Of a stretch of 64,000 bases of DNA, positions 1-12,539 are shown one piece after another. The DNA is from an uncultured Chloroflexia bacterium (lineage in GTDB: Bacteria > Chloroflexota > Limnocylindria > Limnocylindrales > CSP1-4): NCBI GenBank assembly GCA_963763775.1, contig CAVXPZ010000001.1:416001-480000 (forward strand), read 5' to 3'. Made by a program: the position numbers and the translations under genes. Within the stretch, counting starts at the first letter, position 1. Each line of letters begins with the position of its first letter. The notes beneath the pieces were generated by a model. It worked only from the letters and a program-made list of their open reading frames with translations, ran no database searches and was not told where the DNA came from.

Positions 1-1
1 G

Positions 2-373
2 TTGCTCGCATCGTCGTTCGAGGCGATCGTGGGAGCGTTCTACCTGGACCTCGGGTTCAGCACGGTGCAGGACTGGCTGGTCGAGCTGGCCGCCCCCGAG
101 CTGGACGCGGACGGGCCGATCCTGGCCCTCAAGAGTCCGAAGAGCCGCCTCCAGGAGTTCACCCAGCAGCACACCGGCGCCCGGCCGTCCTACCACCTGC
201 TCGACGTGACCGGTCCGGACCACGAGAAGCGGTTCCGCATCGAGGTCACGGTCGACGGCGAGGTCCTCGGGGTCGGCGAGGGGCCGTCCCGTCGAACCGC
301 GGAGACCGCGGCCGCGGCGGAGGCGCTCGATCACCTTCGGGCCACGCAGCGTCCCGAGGCGGTCGGCGCATGA
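2..373 (+). CDS. rnc: Ribonuclease III, C-terminal part (5'-truncated by window edge)
   Basis: FEAIVGAFYLD end of the RNase III domain followed by dsRBD (PKSRLQE...GPDHEKRF...GEGPSRRTAE); upstream of smc. Confidence 0.95.
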   Translation: MLASSFEAIVGAFYLDLGFSTVQDWLVELAAPELDADGPILALKSPKSRLQEFTQQHTGARPSYHLLDVTGPDHEKRFRIEVTVDGEVLGVGEGPSRRTAETAAAAEALDHLRATQRPEAVGA

Positions 374-3300
374 GCGACGGCAACGGCACGGGCGGCGCCC
401 CGCGTCCGGCGCCGCCTCGACTGCTCGCCCTGCGCCTCCAGGGGTTCAAGTCGTTCGCCGAGCGGACCAACGTGGAGTTCGGCGGCGGGATCAGCGCGGT
501 CGTCGGGCCCAACGGATCGGGCAAGAGCAATCTCGCGGACGCGCTCCGCTGGGCGCTCGGCGAGCAGGGCAAGGCCCTCCGGTCGCGCAAGTCCGAGGAC
601 GTGATCTGGGCGGGATCGGAGAAGCGGGCGGCCCAGGGCATGGCGGACGTCACACTGGTCGTCGACAACGCCGACGGCCTGCTCCCGGTCGAGTTCTCGG
701 TGCTGGAGCTGGGGCGGCGCCTGTACCGATCGGGCGAGAACGACTACCTCCTGAACAAGCAGCGCATCCGGCTCCGCGACCTCGTCGACCTCCTCGACGC
801 CGCGCACCTTGCCGACAACGCCTTCCTGTTCATCGGGCAGGGCATGGTCGACCAGGCGCTGGCCCTGCGCCCGGAGGAGCGGCGGCCGCTGTTCGAGGAA
901 GTCGCCGGCGTCCGCCGTCACGAGCGTCGCCGGCGCCGCGCCCAGGAGCAGCTCACGGAGTCGGAGGCCAATCTCGCGCGGGTCCAGGACATCGTCGCCG
1001 AGCTGCGGCCGCAGGCGCGACGCCTCGCCGCCCAGGCCGAGCAGCAGACCAGCCGCGAGACGACTGCCGACGAGCTCGCCGGGGCCGTCCTCCTGGCGAC
1101 CCATGCCCGATGGCACGAAACCGCCGGGCGGGTGGCCGCCGCGGGGGCACGCCAGGCGGCGGCGCGAGCCGAGGCGGACCGGGCCATGGCCGAGATGGAG
1201 GCTGCCGAGACCGCCGCGGCCGCACTGGCGGCCGAGCTCGGCGCACGCGCCGAGGCCGAGCGGACGCGACGCGAGACCCACGATGCCGCACGAGCGGCAC
1301 TGACCGGCGCCCAACTCCGCGATGCCCGCCTCGCCTCCGAGCTCGAAGCGATCGACCGCGACCGGCAGCGGCTCCACGACGAGCGCGTCGCGGCCGAGGC
1401 CGAGGTGGCGGCCGGGCGCCGCGCGGCGGCGTCGCCCATCCCCGCGCGAGACCTCACGGCCGAAGCCGCCCTGGCCGAAGCGGAACGCGCATCGGCCGAC
1501 GCCCTTGCCGAGCTCGCGACCCTGCGCGCCGCGCACCGAGCGCAGGGCGAGGAGCTCGCCGCGGTCCGTCGAGCGACGGCCGCGCGCCAGGCCGAGCTGG
1601 AGACCGCCCGTCGGCGCCGGGCCGAGACCGCGCGCCAGGCGGCCGACGAGTCGGAGCGTGCCGCGGCCGCGATGGGTCGCCGACACGAGCGTGAGGCGGC
1701 GCTCGAGGCCGCCGGGACCGCGCGCGCGACCGCGATCGAGGCAGAGGAACGGGCCGTCGCCGCTCGCGAGGCCGCAAGGGCCGCGCTGGAGACAGCCGAG
1801 GCGGAGCGGACCGCGGCCGAGTCCCGGCTGGCCGCCGCCAGGGCGACGCACGCCGGGCTCGATGCGCGACGCGCGGACCTCACGGGCCGACTCGCGGAAG
1901 AGGAGGGTCGCGGGATCGCGAAGGCCGCGAAGAAGCTGGGCGGCCGGCGCCTCGATGACGATCTTGTCGTCGACCCGCCGTTCCGGGCGGCGGTCGAGGC
2001 CGCCTTGTCGGAGGCGGTCCGCGCCTACGTGGTCCGTGCTGACGCGGTGGCGACGCTTGCCGACGAGCGCGGGGCCCTGATCATCGAGGAGCGGGCGACC
2101 ACGACGATCGGTGGCGCCGTGGCCGGCGCCTCGTCGGACGCACGCGAGCGTCGGTTCCGCGACGCGCTGACCGGCGGCGGTGGGGGACTCCTCTCGGACG
2201 CGCTCCGTCGAGATGGGAGTGGTGTCGCGGGACGTGTTCTCGCCCGAGCGGCGTGGATGCCGGATCTGGCGGGATGCCTGGCCATCCAGGCGTCGCTGCC
2301 GCCAGGCTGGATCGTCGTCGCCCGGGACGGGTCGGCCGTCATCGACGAGCTGGGCGTCCGGCTGGGCGCACCAGAGTCCGTCCTGGAACGTCGAGCCGAG
2401 TCGACCCGACTCGCGGCCGCCGTCGAAGGCGCCGAGGAGGTCGTCACAGCGACCGCGGCGGAGGCGACGACGGCATCGTCGGCCGCCAGCGCGGCTCGCT
2501 CGGCCCTTGAGGCGGCACGGGCCGATGAGGCACGGACATCCGGGCTTCGCCGGGCGGCCGAGGAACGCGAGCGACTGGCGGCCCGCGACCTCGAGGCGGT
2601 CCTCCGCGAGGCGGCGTGGACCGCGGCGCAGGCGGAGCGGCTGCAAGGAGATGCCGATCGCGCGGCGGCCGCGCTCGATGCCCTGGAAGCGACGATCGCC
2701 GCCGCCGAGACGGCTGCGGCGACCGGCGGTTCGGCACCTGACGCGAGTGCCGTCGAGACGTGGGAGGCCCGCGCGGCCGAATTGCGAGCGCGCCGTGACC
2801 GTCTGGCGGAGGACGCGAGCATCCGGGATGCCGCGCGTCGCGACGCCGAGGGCCGCCGGGCGCGGTCCGAAGCCGCGGTCGGCCTCGGCGAGGAGCGCAT
2901 CACCCGAGCGGACCGCGAGGTCGCGGCGCTCGACGAGCGCGCGCAGGCGCTGGCCGCCGAGCGTGAGCGCCTGCGCGGTGAGCTGGCCGCATCGATCGCG
3001 GCCGAGACCTCGGCTCGCGAAGCCCTCGCCGAGCTGCACGCCGCGGATGCCGCGCAGCGAGATCGACTGGCGGAAGCCGAACGGACCGCCACCCACGCAC
3101 GAGAACGCCTTCGCTCGACCGACGAGCGCACCCGCGCAGCCGATCGCGAGGACCTCGAGGCCAGGCTGGGGCTCGAAGCCCTCCGTGAGGCGGTCCTCGT
3201 CGACTTGGCCGGGCTCGGGACGCTCGGCGCGGCACGCCTCGCGGCCGTGACGCGGCGAGCCGGACGTCGCGCCACCGGCCACCGGCGGGGAAGCGACCGA

Positions 3301-4090
3301 CGAGGACGACCCGATCGACGACCAGCTCGCTGCAGCGCTCGAGGCGGCGCTGGACCACGCGGCGGTCGTCTGGAGCGAGGCGGCCCCGACGACCGATCCG
3401 CCGAGCCCCGGCCGGCTCGCGCAGCTCCGACGCCGGTTCCACGAGCTCGGGGCCACGAACCCGTTCGCGGTGGAGGAGTACGCCGAGCTCCGGCAGCGCC
3501 TCGAGACCCTCGAGACGCAGGCGAACGACCTGCTGACGGCGATCGCCCGGACGCGCGAGCTCATCGTCGAACTCGAGACGATGATCACCGTCCAGTTCCA
3601 GACCACGTTCCAGGCGCTCGAGACGGCCTTCGAGCGACGGTTCGAGCAGCTCTTCGGCGGCGGGTTCGCCCGGCTGTCGCTGACCGACCCGTCGGACCTC
3701 GGCTCGACCGGGGTCGAGATCGTGGCGCGACCGCCGGGCAAGAAGCCGCAGGCGCTCTCGATGCTGTCGGGCGGCGAGCGGGCCCTGACCGCCGTGGCGC
3801 TGCTGTTCGCGATGCTCGAGGTGCGACCGGTCCCGTTCTGTGTCCTCGACGAGGTCGACGCCGCGCTCGACGAGGCGAACATCGGCCGATTCGCCGACGC
3901 GCTCCGCAGCCTGGCGCACCAGACGCAGTTCATCGTGATCACCCACAACCGGGGCACGATCGAGGCCGCGGACGCGATGTACGGCGTGACGGTGGGCGAC
4001 GACTCGGTCAGTCGTGTCATCAGCCTCCGGCTCGACGAGGCGAACGCGATGGCCGACGACCGTCGCCGCGAACTCACGACGGCGGGCTGA
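370..4090 (+). CDS. smc: Chromosome segregation protein SMC (apparent frameshift near 3250)
   Basis: GFKSF, Walker A GPNGSGKSN, coiled coils and hinge in frame from 370; LSGGE and LDEVDAALD in the ORF ending 4090; rnc-smc-ftsY synteny. Confidence 0.93.
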
Positions 4091-5306
4091 TGTTCTGGCG
4101 ACGACGCAAGGAGGAGCCGGCGGAGGCTCCGGCAGCCCCTGCGACGGAGGTCGCCCCCGAAGTCGTGCCCGAGGAAGTCGAGTCGGGCTGGGAGCCTGAC
4201 CCGGCGGACTTCGAGGACCCGGACCCGGTGGTGCTCGCGCCGCCGGCAGGAGGTGGTCGCCGAACCCGAGCGCCAGCCGGCGCCCGAAGCCGGCGCCCGA
4301 GCCGCCCGAGCCGAGCGCTCCGAGCCCGAGCCCGCCCGAACCCGACGCGTCGCCGGCCCGAGCCGAACCGGCGCCCGCCTACGCCCCGTTCGACCCGATC
4401 GCCTTCATGAAGGCGCCGCCCGCGTCGACGCTGGACGCCGGTCTGGAGCGCACCCGGGGCGGCTTCATGACGCAACTCCGCGGGTTCCTCGGCGGCCAGG
4501 ACGGCCCGGCGTGGGATGACGTCGAGGAGACGCTCATCGCCGGCGACGTCGGCGCGGCCCTCGCGATGGACGTCGTCGAGCGGGCACGGCACCGCAACGA
4601 CCCGGGTGGCGCCGAGGCCGCGGTCCGCGCCGAGCTCGCCGCGCTGCTCGTCCCCCGGGATGTCGAGTGGTCGCCGAAGCCGTCGGTCGACGGCGGTCCG
4701 GCCGTCGTCCTCATCGTCGGCGTCAACGGGACCGGCAAGACCACGACGATCGGCAAGCTTGCGACCCGCTACAGCGCGGAGGGCCGGAAGGTCATCCTCG
4801 CGGCCGCCGACACGTTCCGTGCCGCCGCGATCGATCAGCTCCGGATCTGGGCGGACCGCGCGAACGTCCCGGTCATCGCGCACGCACCCGGGGCGGATCC
4901 CGGCGCCGTCGTCTACGACGCGCTGGACGCCGCCGTGGCGCGCGGGGCGGACCTCGTGATCGCGGACACGGCCGGCCGGCTCCACACGAAGGTCAACCTC
5001 ATGGACGAGCTGACGAAGATCCGGCGCATCATCGACAAGCGCCTGCCCGGGGCCGAGCCCGAGACCCTCTTCGTGCTCGATGCGACCACCGGCCAGAACG
5101 GCCTGTCCCAGGCGAAGGCGTTCAACGAATCGGTCGGCCTCACGGGGATCGTCCTCACCAAGCTCGACTCGACCTCGAAGGGCGGCATCGTCTTCGCGAT
5201 CGAGGACGCCCTGAAGGTGCCGGTCAGGTTCGTCGGGGTGGGGGAGCAGGCGGAGGACCTGCTCCACTTCGATCCCGACGCGTTCGTCGAGGCCCTGTTC
5301 GCCTGA
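4090..5306 (+). CDS. ftsY: SRP receptor FtsY (acidic N-terminus from 4090 with apparent frameshift(s) ~4250-4370; NG domain 4407-5306)
   Basis: GVNGTGKTTT, DTFRAAA, DTAGRLH, TKLDSTSKGG; ATG at 4090 overlaps the smc stop. Confidence 0.93.
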
Positions 5307-5316
5307 CCTCGGCCGG

Positions 5317-6643
5317 TCAGCCCCCGACCGGCTGGTCGCGCTCGACCTGCACGACGACCTCGGTCGCGGATCGCTCCGGGCCGCCGTCGGCGACAGGTAC
5401 CGCGACCCGCAAGGACCGGACGGGCGACCACCACAGGATCGCGGCGCCGACGAGACCGCCCAGCGGCGCCAGCCAGCTCGTCGCCCGGAGCCCGATGACC
5501 TCGGCGAGGACGCCCGCCACGAGCGTGGCGACCAACTGTGCCGACACCGCGGCGACATGGAACGTCGAGCTGACCCGCCCGAGCGCGCGGTCGCGGACCA
5601 GGGTCTGGCGGACCGAGGTCTCGGTCACGTCGTAGACGGTCACGGCCGAGTCGGCGACGAGCTGCTGCATCACGAGGCAGCCGATGGCCACCAGCGGCAG
5701 TCCGGCGGGTGCCAGCGGGATGAAGGCGTTGCCGAGCGCGGACAGGAGCATCGCCCCGATCGCCACGTGGCCGATCCCCCAACGCCGCGTGGCGCGCGCC
5801 GCGACGACGGCGCCGATGAACGACGACGCCCCGCCGACGCCGGCGACGAGCCCGAGCACGGCCGGCCCGAGGTGGAGGTCGTCGAGCACGAACAGGAACC
5901 ACGTCGCGCCGAAGATGCCCCACAGGGCCGCCAGCGACATCTGCGCACCGGCGAACGCCCGCAGGACCGGATCGTGGATCACCAGCCGCAGGCCGTCACG
6001 GATCTCGTGCAGGACCGGCTCGCGGTCCTCGGGCGGCGGTGGCGCCGGCCTCCTGGCGGCGGATGGTGCCGAGCAGGATCGCCGACACGAGGATAGGAGA
6101 CCGCGTCGATGGCGATCGCGATGGGGGCGGTCAGCACCTGGACCAGGAAGCCGCTCACGCCGAACGCCAGGAACTCGGACGCTGACCCGCTCGCCGCGAG
6201 CGCGCCATTCGCGTCGACCAGGCGCTCGCGCTCCACGATCGTCGGCAGATAGGCGTTGTCGGCGGCGTCGAAGAACGTCGTCAGGACGGCGGCGCTGGCC
6301 GACACGACCAGCAGCTGCCAGTACGTCAGGACGCCGAGCGCGAACGCGACCGGCACCGAGCCGAGGACGAGCGCCCGCCCGAGGTCGGCCCAGATGAGGA
6401 CCGGGCGACGGCGCAGCCGGTCGACCCAGGCGCCGGCGACCAGTCCGAACACCAGGGTCGCTCCGAGCTCGAGGCCCGCGGAGCAGCGCGACCTCGATCG
6501 CGCCCGGACCCGATGACGAGGATCGCCGCCAGCGGCAGCGCGATGCGCGTGACGAGCGAGCCGAAGATCGAGATCGTCGCCGCCGACCACACCCGGACGA
6601 ACGCGGAGTTGCCCCAGAGTGGCGACGCGAACGGGTTGCGCAT
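5317..6643 (-). CDS. MFS transporter (apparent frameshifts near 6500 and 6090)
   Basis: Three fragments: MRNPFASPLW...WSAATISIFGS; GAWVDRLRRRPVLIWADLGR (MFS motif A); hydrophobic C-terminal half with LRQT-like VRQT...LGRVSS. Confidence 0.85.
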
Positions 6644-6741
6644 GACGGCGGAGCCTACATGGCGCGGCGGCGACCCTGTCCGGTGCGCCTCGTCACCGCC
6701 GTGGGACCATCGGCCCAACGGCGGCCGCGAAGGGCCTGCGC

Positions 6742-6747
6742 TACACT
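6742..6747 (+). promoter_or_regulatory. Putative -10 element (TACACT) for ffh
   Basis: GCGCTACACT ~115 nt upstream of the ffh ATG; same motif class as upstream of rplS, rpsB and asd. Confidence 0.55.
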
Positions 6748-6861
6748 TCGGTCGCCTCGGTGCGTCAGAACTCGCGCACCACCCGGATCGGCCGCGCGGA
6801 TGCCCGAAGGCGTCGCGCCACCGAACCGGTCAACCACCCTGACGGAGTCCCAGACGGACCC

Positions 6862-8198
6862 ATGTTCGACAGTCTGAGCGAGCGCCTGCGCAAGACCCTC
6901 GGCACGCTGACCGGCCGCGGCCGGATCAGCGAGGCCGACGTCGACGCCGCCATGCGCGAGGTCCGCCTCGCGCTGCTCGAGGCGGACGTCAACTTCAAGG
7001 TCGTCAAGGACTTCGTGGCGCGCGTCCGCGAGCAGGCCGTCGGCGCCGACGTCCTCGAGAGCCTCACGGCCGGCCAGCAGGTCGTCAAGATCGTCAACGA
7101 CGAGCTCGTCGCGCTGCTGTCGGCCGGCGACCGCACGTTCCACCTGTCCGGGAACCCGGCCGTCGTCTCGATGGTCGGCCTCCAGGGCTCCGGCAAGACC
7201 ACGACGACCGCCAAGCTCGCACGCCACGTCGTGAAGCTCGGCCGGCGACCGCTGCTCGTCGCCGCCGACCCGTATCGACCCGCCGCGGCCGACCAGCTCG
7301 AGACGCTCGGCAAGGCGCTCGACATCCCGGTCTTCCGCGCCCCGGTCGGGACCAGCGTGCCGGAGATCGCGCGGCTCGGCGTCGAGGCCGCGAAGCGCCA
7401 GGTCCGCGACGTCGTGATCCTCGACACCGCCGGCCGCCTCAGCGTCGACGAGGCCCTCATGGCCGAGATCGCCGCGGTCAACGCGGCGGTGAAGCCGATC
7501 GAGACGCTGCTCGTCGTCGACGCGATGACCGGCCAGGAAGCCGTCGCCGTGGCCCAGGCGTTCGTCGCCGCGGTCCCGGTCACCGGCCTGGTCCTCACGA
7601 AGATCGACGGCGACGCCCGCGGCGGTGCCGCGCTCTCGATCTCCGCGGTCACCGGCGTGCCCGGTCAAGTTCCTCGGGACCGGCGAGAAGACCGACGCGC
7701 TCGAGGTCTTCCATCCGGACCGGCTCGCGGGCCGGATCCTCGGCATGGGCGACATCCTGACGCTCGTCGAGCGGGCGCAGGAGACGTTCGACGCGAAGCA
7801 GGCCGCGACCGCTCGAGGAGAAGCTGCGCAAGAACAGCTTCACGCTCGAGGACATGCTCGAGCAGCTCCAGCAGGTCCAGAAGATGGGCCCGATCGGTCA
7901 GATCATGGGGATGATCCCGGGCATGGGCGGCATGGCCAAGGAGGCCCAGGCCGCCGTCGATCGGGGCGACCTCAAGCGGACCGAGGCGATCATCCGTGCG
8001 ATGACGCCCATCGAGCGCCGCGACCCCACCGTCCTCAACGGCTCCCGTCGCCGGCGCATCGCGGCCGGTTCCGGGACCACCCTCCCGGACGTCAACCGGC
8101 TCGTGAAGCAGTTCAGCGAGATGCAGAAGCTCATGAAACAACTGTCCGGCGCGGGTGGCCGGCGTGCCGCCTTGGGCGCGCTGTCCGGTCGCCGCTAG
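6862..8198 (+). CDS. ffh: Signal recognition particle protein Ffh (apparent frameshifts ~7660 and ~7810)
   Basis: [44 protein letters not shown], Met-rich M domain with [11 protein letters not shown]. Confidence 0.95.
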
Positions 8199-8211
8199 AA
8201 GGGGGCCCGCC

Positions 8212-10042
8212 ATGACCGACCAGAACCTCGGACCCGACGACCCGACGCAGGTCGTCCCGGTCCCGTCCGTCACCGAGACCGTCGTTCCCCCGCTCGAACC
8301 GGTCGCGGTCCAGCCCGTCGCCGCGACGGGGAGCTCGCCGAAGCCGGGTCGCGGCCGCTGGGCGATCGCGCTCGGCCTCGCCGCGCTGGTCGTGGCGATC
8401 ACCGCGGGCATCGTCTTCGCCCTCGTCGGCCGGTCCCCGGACGCCACGGTCACGGGCTACGTCCCGTCCGGGGCCGTCGTCTACGGCGAGGTCCGCCTCG
8501 ACCTGCCCGGCGATCAGCGCCAGCAGGTCGGCGAGTTCCTGTCGAAGTTCCCGGGGTTCGCCGATCAGGCGGCCCTCGACGCCAAGCTGGACGAGGTCCT
8601 CGACCGGCTCGTGTCGGACGCCTCCAAGGACAAGCAGACGTTCACGAAGGACATCAAGCCGTGGTTCGACGGCGAGCTGGCCTTCAGCGTCGGTCCGCTG
8701 CCGGATCCGAAGAGTCTGACCGGGTCAGGTGCCATGGACACGGGCAATGCGCTCGTCCTGCTGTCCGTCAAGGACCCCGCCGCAGCACAGGCGTGGTTCG
8801 ACGCGGCGTTCAAGGAAGCCGGCGCGACCACCAGCACCGAGACCTATGGCGGCACCACGATCACGGTCTTCACCGGCTCCGACGGCCCAAAGGGCGCCTT
8901 CGCGATCATCGATGGCAAGGTCGCCGTCGCCGGTGAGCTCGACGCGGTCAAGGCCGCCATCGACACCAAGGGTTCCGGCGGGTTCGCCGCCGACCCGGCC
9001 GCCAAGCAGGCGCTCGGCGCCGCGGACGGGGACCACCTCGGGTTCGTGTTCGTCGACCTCAAGTCGCTCCTGGACTGGACCTCGACGCTCGCGACGCAGG
9101 TCGGCGGCGCGGCCACGTCACCGGTCAGCGACACCCTGCGCGGGTTCGTGCCCGATTGGGGCGCGTACTGGCTGCGGGTCGAAGGTGACGCCATCGTCAT
9201 GGAGTCGACCGCGCCAAAGGCCGCCACGACGCTCGGCCCGACCCAGGACCGCGCATCGGATGTCGCCAAGCACGTCCCATCGAGCGCCATCGCCCTCGCC
9301 GTCAGCCATGACACGGGCAAGACCCTCCAGCAGGTCCTCGACCTCTACAAGTCCGAGGCCAGCCTCAAGACGGTCACCGACGCCATCGACCAGGGCCTCG
9401 GGGCGCTCGGCGGCGCCGACAATGCCATCGGCTGGATCGGCGATACCGGTGTGGTGGTCAACCGGGCCGGCGACGCCGTCGAGGGCGGCCTGGTCATCCT
9501 GCCGACCGACGCGAAGGCCGCGTCCAGCTTCTTCACCAGCGTCAAGAACCTCGCGTCGCTCAGCGGCGTCGCCGGTGTGACCTTCCGCGAGGAAGACCAT
9601 GACGGCGCGACCGATCTCGGTCGCGAGCTTCGACATCCCGGGCCTGATGGGCGCGGCCGGATCGGCCGTCCCGCAGCTCGGCGCGTTGCCGCTCGACAAG
9701 GTCGAGCTCGCCTGGGCCGTCACGGACGACGTCGTCGTCATCGGCTCCGGCCCGGAGTTCGTCAAGCACGTCCTCGACACCACGGATGCGACCTCGCTCG
9801 CCTCGAACGACCGCTACAAGGCCCTGATGGACCGGGTCGGGACGGGGACGAACTCGCTGTTCGTGGACCTGGCCGCGATCCGCGGCCTCGCCGAGGGCGT
9901 CATGGGCGGCGTGGACGCGAGTGCGCTCAAGTCGTACCAGAGCGATGTCCAGCCGTTCCTCGCCCCGCTCGACGCGCTCGCCGCGTCCAGCTCGGTGGGG
10001 GGCGACCTCACGAGCTCCACGCTCATCATCACCGTCAAGTGA
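8212..10042 (+). CDS. Membrane-anchored extracytoplasmic protein, DUF3352-like (apparent frameshift ~9610)
   Basis: N-terminal TM ([23 protein letters not shown]), [12 protein letters not shown] motif, duplicated VPS-A repeats; C-terminus continues in ORF 9599-10042. Confidence 0.65.
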
Positions 10043-10121
10043 GCCACGGGGCGCCCCCAGCGCCCCGAATCACCTGGGCGGGTCGCGACCGATCCGCTCG
10101 CAGAGGAGGAACCGCAGGGAT

Positions 10122-10376
10122 ATGGCAGTCCGGATCCGGCTGACGCGCGTCGGCGCGACGAAGCAGCCGACCTATCGCGTCGTGGTCGCCGACGGGCGCA
10201 GTGCCCGCGACGGCCGAGCGATCGAGACGCTCGGTCACTACAACCCGCGCACCGACCCGGTCGAGTTCAAGGTCGACGAGGAGAAGGCGAAGGCCTGGCT
10301 CGCCAAGGGCGCGCAGCCGTCCGACACCGTCGTCCGACTCTTCCGAAATGCGGGCATCCTGCCCGCGGCCAAGTAG
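10122..10376 (+). CDS. rpsP: 30S ribosomal protein S16
   Basis: [24 protein letters not shown]...[14 protein letters not shown]...GAQPSDTV; upstream GAGGAGG. Confidence 0.98.
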   Translation: MAVRIRLTRVGATKQPTYRVVVADGRSARDGRAIETLGHYNPRTDPVEFKVDEEKAKAWLAKGAQPSDTVVRLFRNAGILPAAK

Positions 10377-10388
10377 GGGGCGCGCACC

Positions 10389-10622
10389 GTGGCAGCAAAG
10401 GACCTGGTCGAATACGTCGCCAAGTCGCTGGTCGACGACCCGGAGGCCGTCAAGGTCGAGGTCGTCCATGAGGACGGCGCGACGGTCATCGAGCTCCACG
10501 TCGCCGAGGACGACATGGGCAAGGTGATCGGACGGAACGGCAGCGTCGCCAAGGCGCTCCGCACCCTGCTCAAGGTCACGGCCGCCCGCGACGGCGAGCC
10601 GGTCCAGCTCGAGATCCTCTGA
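10389..10622 (+). CDS. khpA: KH-domain RNA-binding protein KhpA
   Basis: [12 protein letters not shown] motif; rpsP-khpA-rimM synteny. Confidence 0.93.
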   Translation: MAAKDLVEYVAKSLVDDPEAVKVEVVHEDGATVIELHVAEDDMGKVIGRNGSVAKALRTLLKVTAARDGEPVQLEIL

Positions 10623-11317
10623 GCGTCGACGAACGGCTCGTGGTCGCCCTCGTCCGGGGCGTCCACGGGCTCCGCGGCGCCGTGCGGGTGGAGGTCCTGA
10701 CCGACCACCCCGAGTCCCGGTTCGTGCCGGGCGCGCTCCTGTATCGCGAAGGGCGGCCCGATCCGCTGACGATCGCGTCCGCCGAGGCCGTCGTGGACGG
10801 CCCTGGCTGGCGGATCCGCTTCCGCGAGATCGGCGACCGCGACCGGGCGGACACACTCCGGGGGTCGTACCTCGAGGCGGTCGTCCTTCCCGAGCTGGAG
10901 CTCGGCCGTGGCGAGTACTACTGGCACGAGATCGTCGGGTGCCCGGTCCGCGGGGTGGACGGGGCCGACCTCGGGACCGTCCGCGACGTCTACCGGATCG
11001 GGGAGAACGAGGTCTTCGTGGTGGAAGGCGGGACGGTCGCGCCGTTCGACCTCCCTGCGGTCCGGGCGTTCATCCGCGTGTTCGCGCCTCGCCGGGGCGA
11101 GATCGTCGTCGACGCCGACTCGCTGGACCTCCGGCCAGCCAAGTCACGAGCCCCCGATCCCGATCGGCCCAAGGCCCCGCGACGCACGACGCGGCGTCGG
11201 CCTGCGGCCGCCGCGACGCCCGAGGCGACCGAGACGGAGCCCCCTGCCGAGGCCGGACCGGCGACACCGACGGACCAGGCGGCACCCTCCGAGCCCGACC
11301 CGCCGACCCAGCCATGA
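10619..11317 (+). CDS. rimM: Ribosome maturation factor RimM (start uncertain: CTG 10619 or GTG 10640)
   Basis: [25 protein letters not shown] barrel; synteny. Confidence 0.92.
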   Translation: MSVDERLVVALVRGVHGLRGAVRVEVLTDHPESRFVPGALLYREGRPDPLTIASAEAVVDGPGWRIRFREIGDRDRADTLRGSYLEAVVLPELELGRGEYYWHEIVGCPVRGVDGADLGTVRDVYRIGENEVFVVEGGTVAPFDLPAVRAFIRVFAPRRGEIVVDADSLDLRPAKSRAPDPDRPKAPRRTTRRRPAAAATPEATETEPPAEAGPATPTDQAAPSEPDPPTQP

Positions 11318-12000
11318 CGCTCGAGATCGACGTCCTGACGCTGTTCCCGGGCATGGTCGATGGCCCGCTGACCGAGTCCATCCCCGGCCGCGTCCAGGAG
11401 CGCGGCCTGGCGACGATCCGCATCCACGATCTTCGGGACTGGGGGATCGGCCGCCACCGGTCCGTGGACGACACCCCCTACGGCGGCGGCGCCGGGATGG
11501 TCATGCGCGTCGAGCCGGTCGCCGCCGCGCTCGATGCGCTCCGACGCCCGGACTCCACGGCGATCCTCCTCGACCCGTCGGGCGAGGTGTTTCGGCACGC
11601 CCGGGCGACGGACCTCGCGTCGCGCGGGCACCTCATCTTCGTCTGTGCCCGCTATGAAGGCGTCGACGAGCGCATCCGGGCCCTGGTCGACCTCGAGCTC
11701 TCGATCGGCGACTACGTGCTGAGCGGTGGTGAGCTGCCGGCCCTCGTCGTCATCGACGCCATCCTGCGACTGCTCCCCGGCGCCATCGACGACGCCTCGA
11801 CCGAGGAGGAGTCGTTCAGCGCCGGCCTGCTCGAGTACCCGCAGTACACGCGTCCCGCGTCGTTCCGCGGCATGGACGTCCCGGCGATCCTCTCATCGGG
11901 CGATCACGGCGCCGTGCGCGCGTGGCGGGAGGCGCAGGCCATGGCGCGCACGCGCGACCGCCGGCCCGACCTCCTCGAGGATCGGTCGGCTCAGGACTGA
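11314..12000 (+). CDS. trmD: tRNA (guanine37-N1)-methyltransferase
   Basis: [42 protein letters not shown]. Confidence 0.97.
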   Translation: MTLEIDVLTLFPGMVDGPLTESIPGRVQERGLATIRIHDLRDWGIGRHRSVDDTPYGGGAGMVMRVEPVAAALDALRRPDSTAILLDPSGEVFRHARATDLASRGHLIFVCARYEGVDERIRALVDLELSIGDYVLSGGELPALVVIDAILRLLPGAIDDASTEEESFSAGLLEYPQYTRPASFRGMDVPAILSSGDHGAVRAWREAQAMARTRDRRPDLLEDRSAQD

Positions 12001-12015
12001 CCAGTCCCGAGCCCG

Positions 12016-12024
12016 TGCTATACT
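12016..12024 (+). promoter_or_regulatory. Extended -10 promoter (TGCTATACT) for rplS
   Basis: TGn-TATACT in the trmD-rplS gap. Confidence 0.7.
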
Positions 12025-12107
12025 CCGGCCCCGGTCGCGCCTCGCGCGGCCATTCCGATGTGACCGACCCGCAGCCACGGCTGCCCACGACAGACCAAGG
12101 AACCGCT

Positions 12108-12458
12108 GTGAACGTGCTCGACGAGATCGTCAAGGACCAGCTCCGCTCGGACCTGCCGGAACTTGCCACCGGTGACACCGTGAAGGTGTCGGCCAAGGTG
12201 GTCGAGGGCAACCGCGAGCGCATCCAGGTATTCGAGGGCACGGTCATGCGCCTTCGCGGCGGCGGCATCACCCGGTCGATCACGGTCCGCCGGATCGCGT
12301 CGGGCGTCGGCGTCGAGCGGACGTTCAAGATCCACAGCCCGCGCATCGAGAAGATCGAGGTCGTCCGCCACGGCGTGGCGCGCCGCGCCCAGCTGTACTT
12401 CCTGCGCGACCGCGTGGGCAAGGCCGCGACCCTGCGCGAGCGCCGCACGAACAGCTAG
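12108..12458 (+). CDS. rplS: 50S ribosomal protein L19
   Basis: [32 protein letters not shown]; GTG start after AAGGA. Confidence 0.98.
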   Translation: MNVLDEIVKDQLRSDLPELATGDTVKVSAKVVEGNRERIQVFEGTVMRLRGGGITRSITVRRIASGVGVERTFKIHSPRIEKIEVVRHGVARRAQLYFLRDRVGKAATLRERRTNS

Positions 12459-12482
12459 CCGCCCGACCCGCGCCGCTCCGTC

Positions 12483-12508
12483 CGACCCCGTCGACATCGA
12501 CGGGGTCG
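12483..12508 (+). terminator. Perfect 12-bp inverted repeat after rplS (terminator-like, no U tract)
   Basis: CGACCCCGTCGA-CA-TCGACGGGGTCG. Confidence 0.55.
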
Positions 12509-12539
12509 CCGCATGTCCGGCGCGCTACCCTAGGCTTCG

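Noticed and set aside
331-4077. Very long antisense or alternate-frame ORFs (e.g. 331-4077, 21352-24717 beyond its overlap, 31602-34583, 36553-39984, 40087-42366)
   Set aside because: Shadow ORFs typical of very high-GC DNA; Arg/Gly/Ala-rich with no motifs, and they overlap clear housekeeping genes
6748-6861. SRP (4.5S) RNA gene next to ffh
   Set aside because: The conserved domain IV CAGG...GGAA...AGCA pattern is not present
7640-7830. Programmed frameshifting or pseudogenisation of ffh and other genes
   Set aside because: No slippery heptamers seen; breaks are scattered over many unrelated essential genes, so sequencing error is more parsimonious
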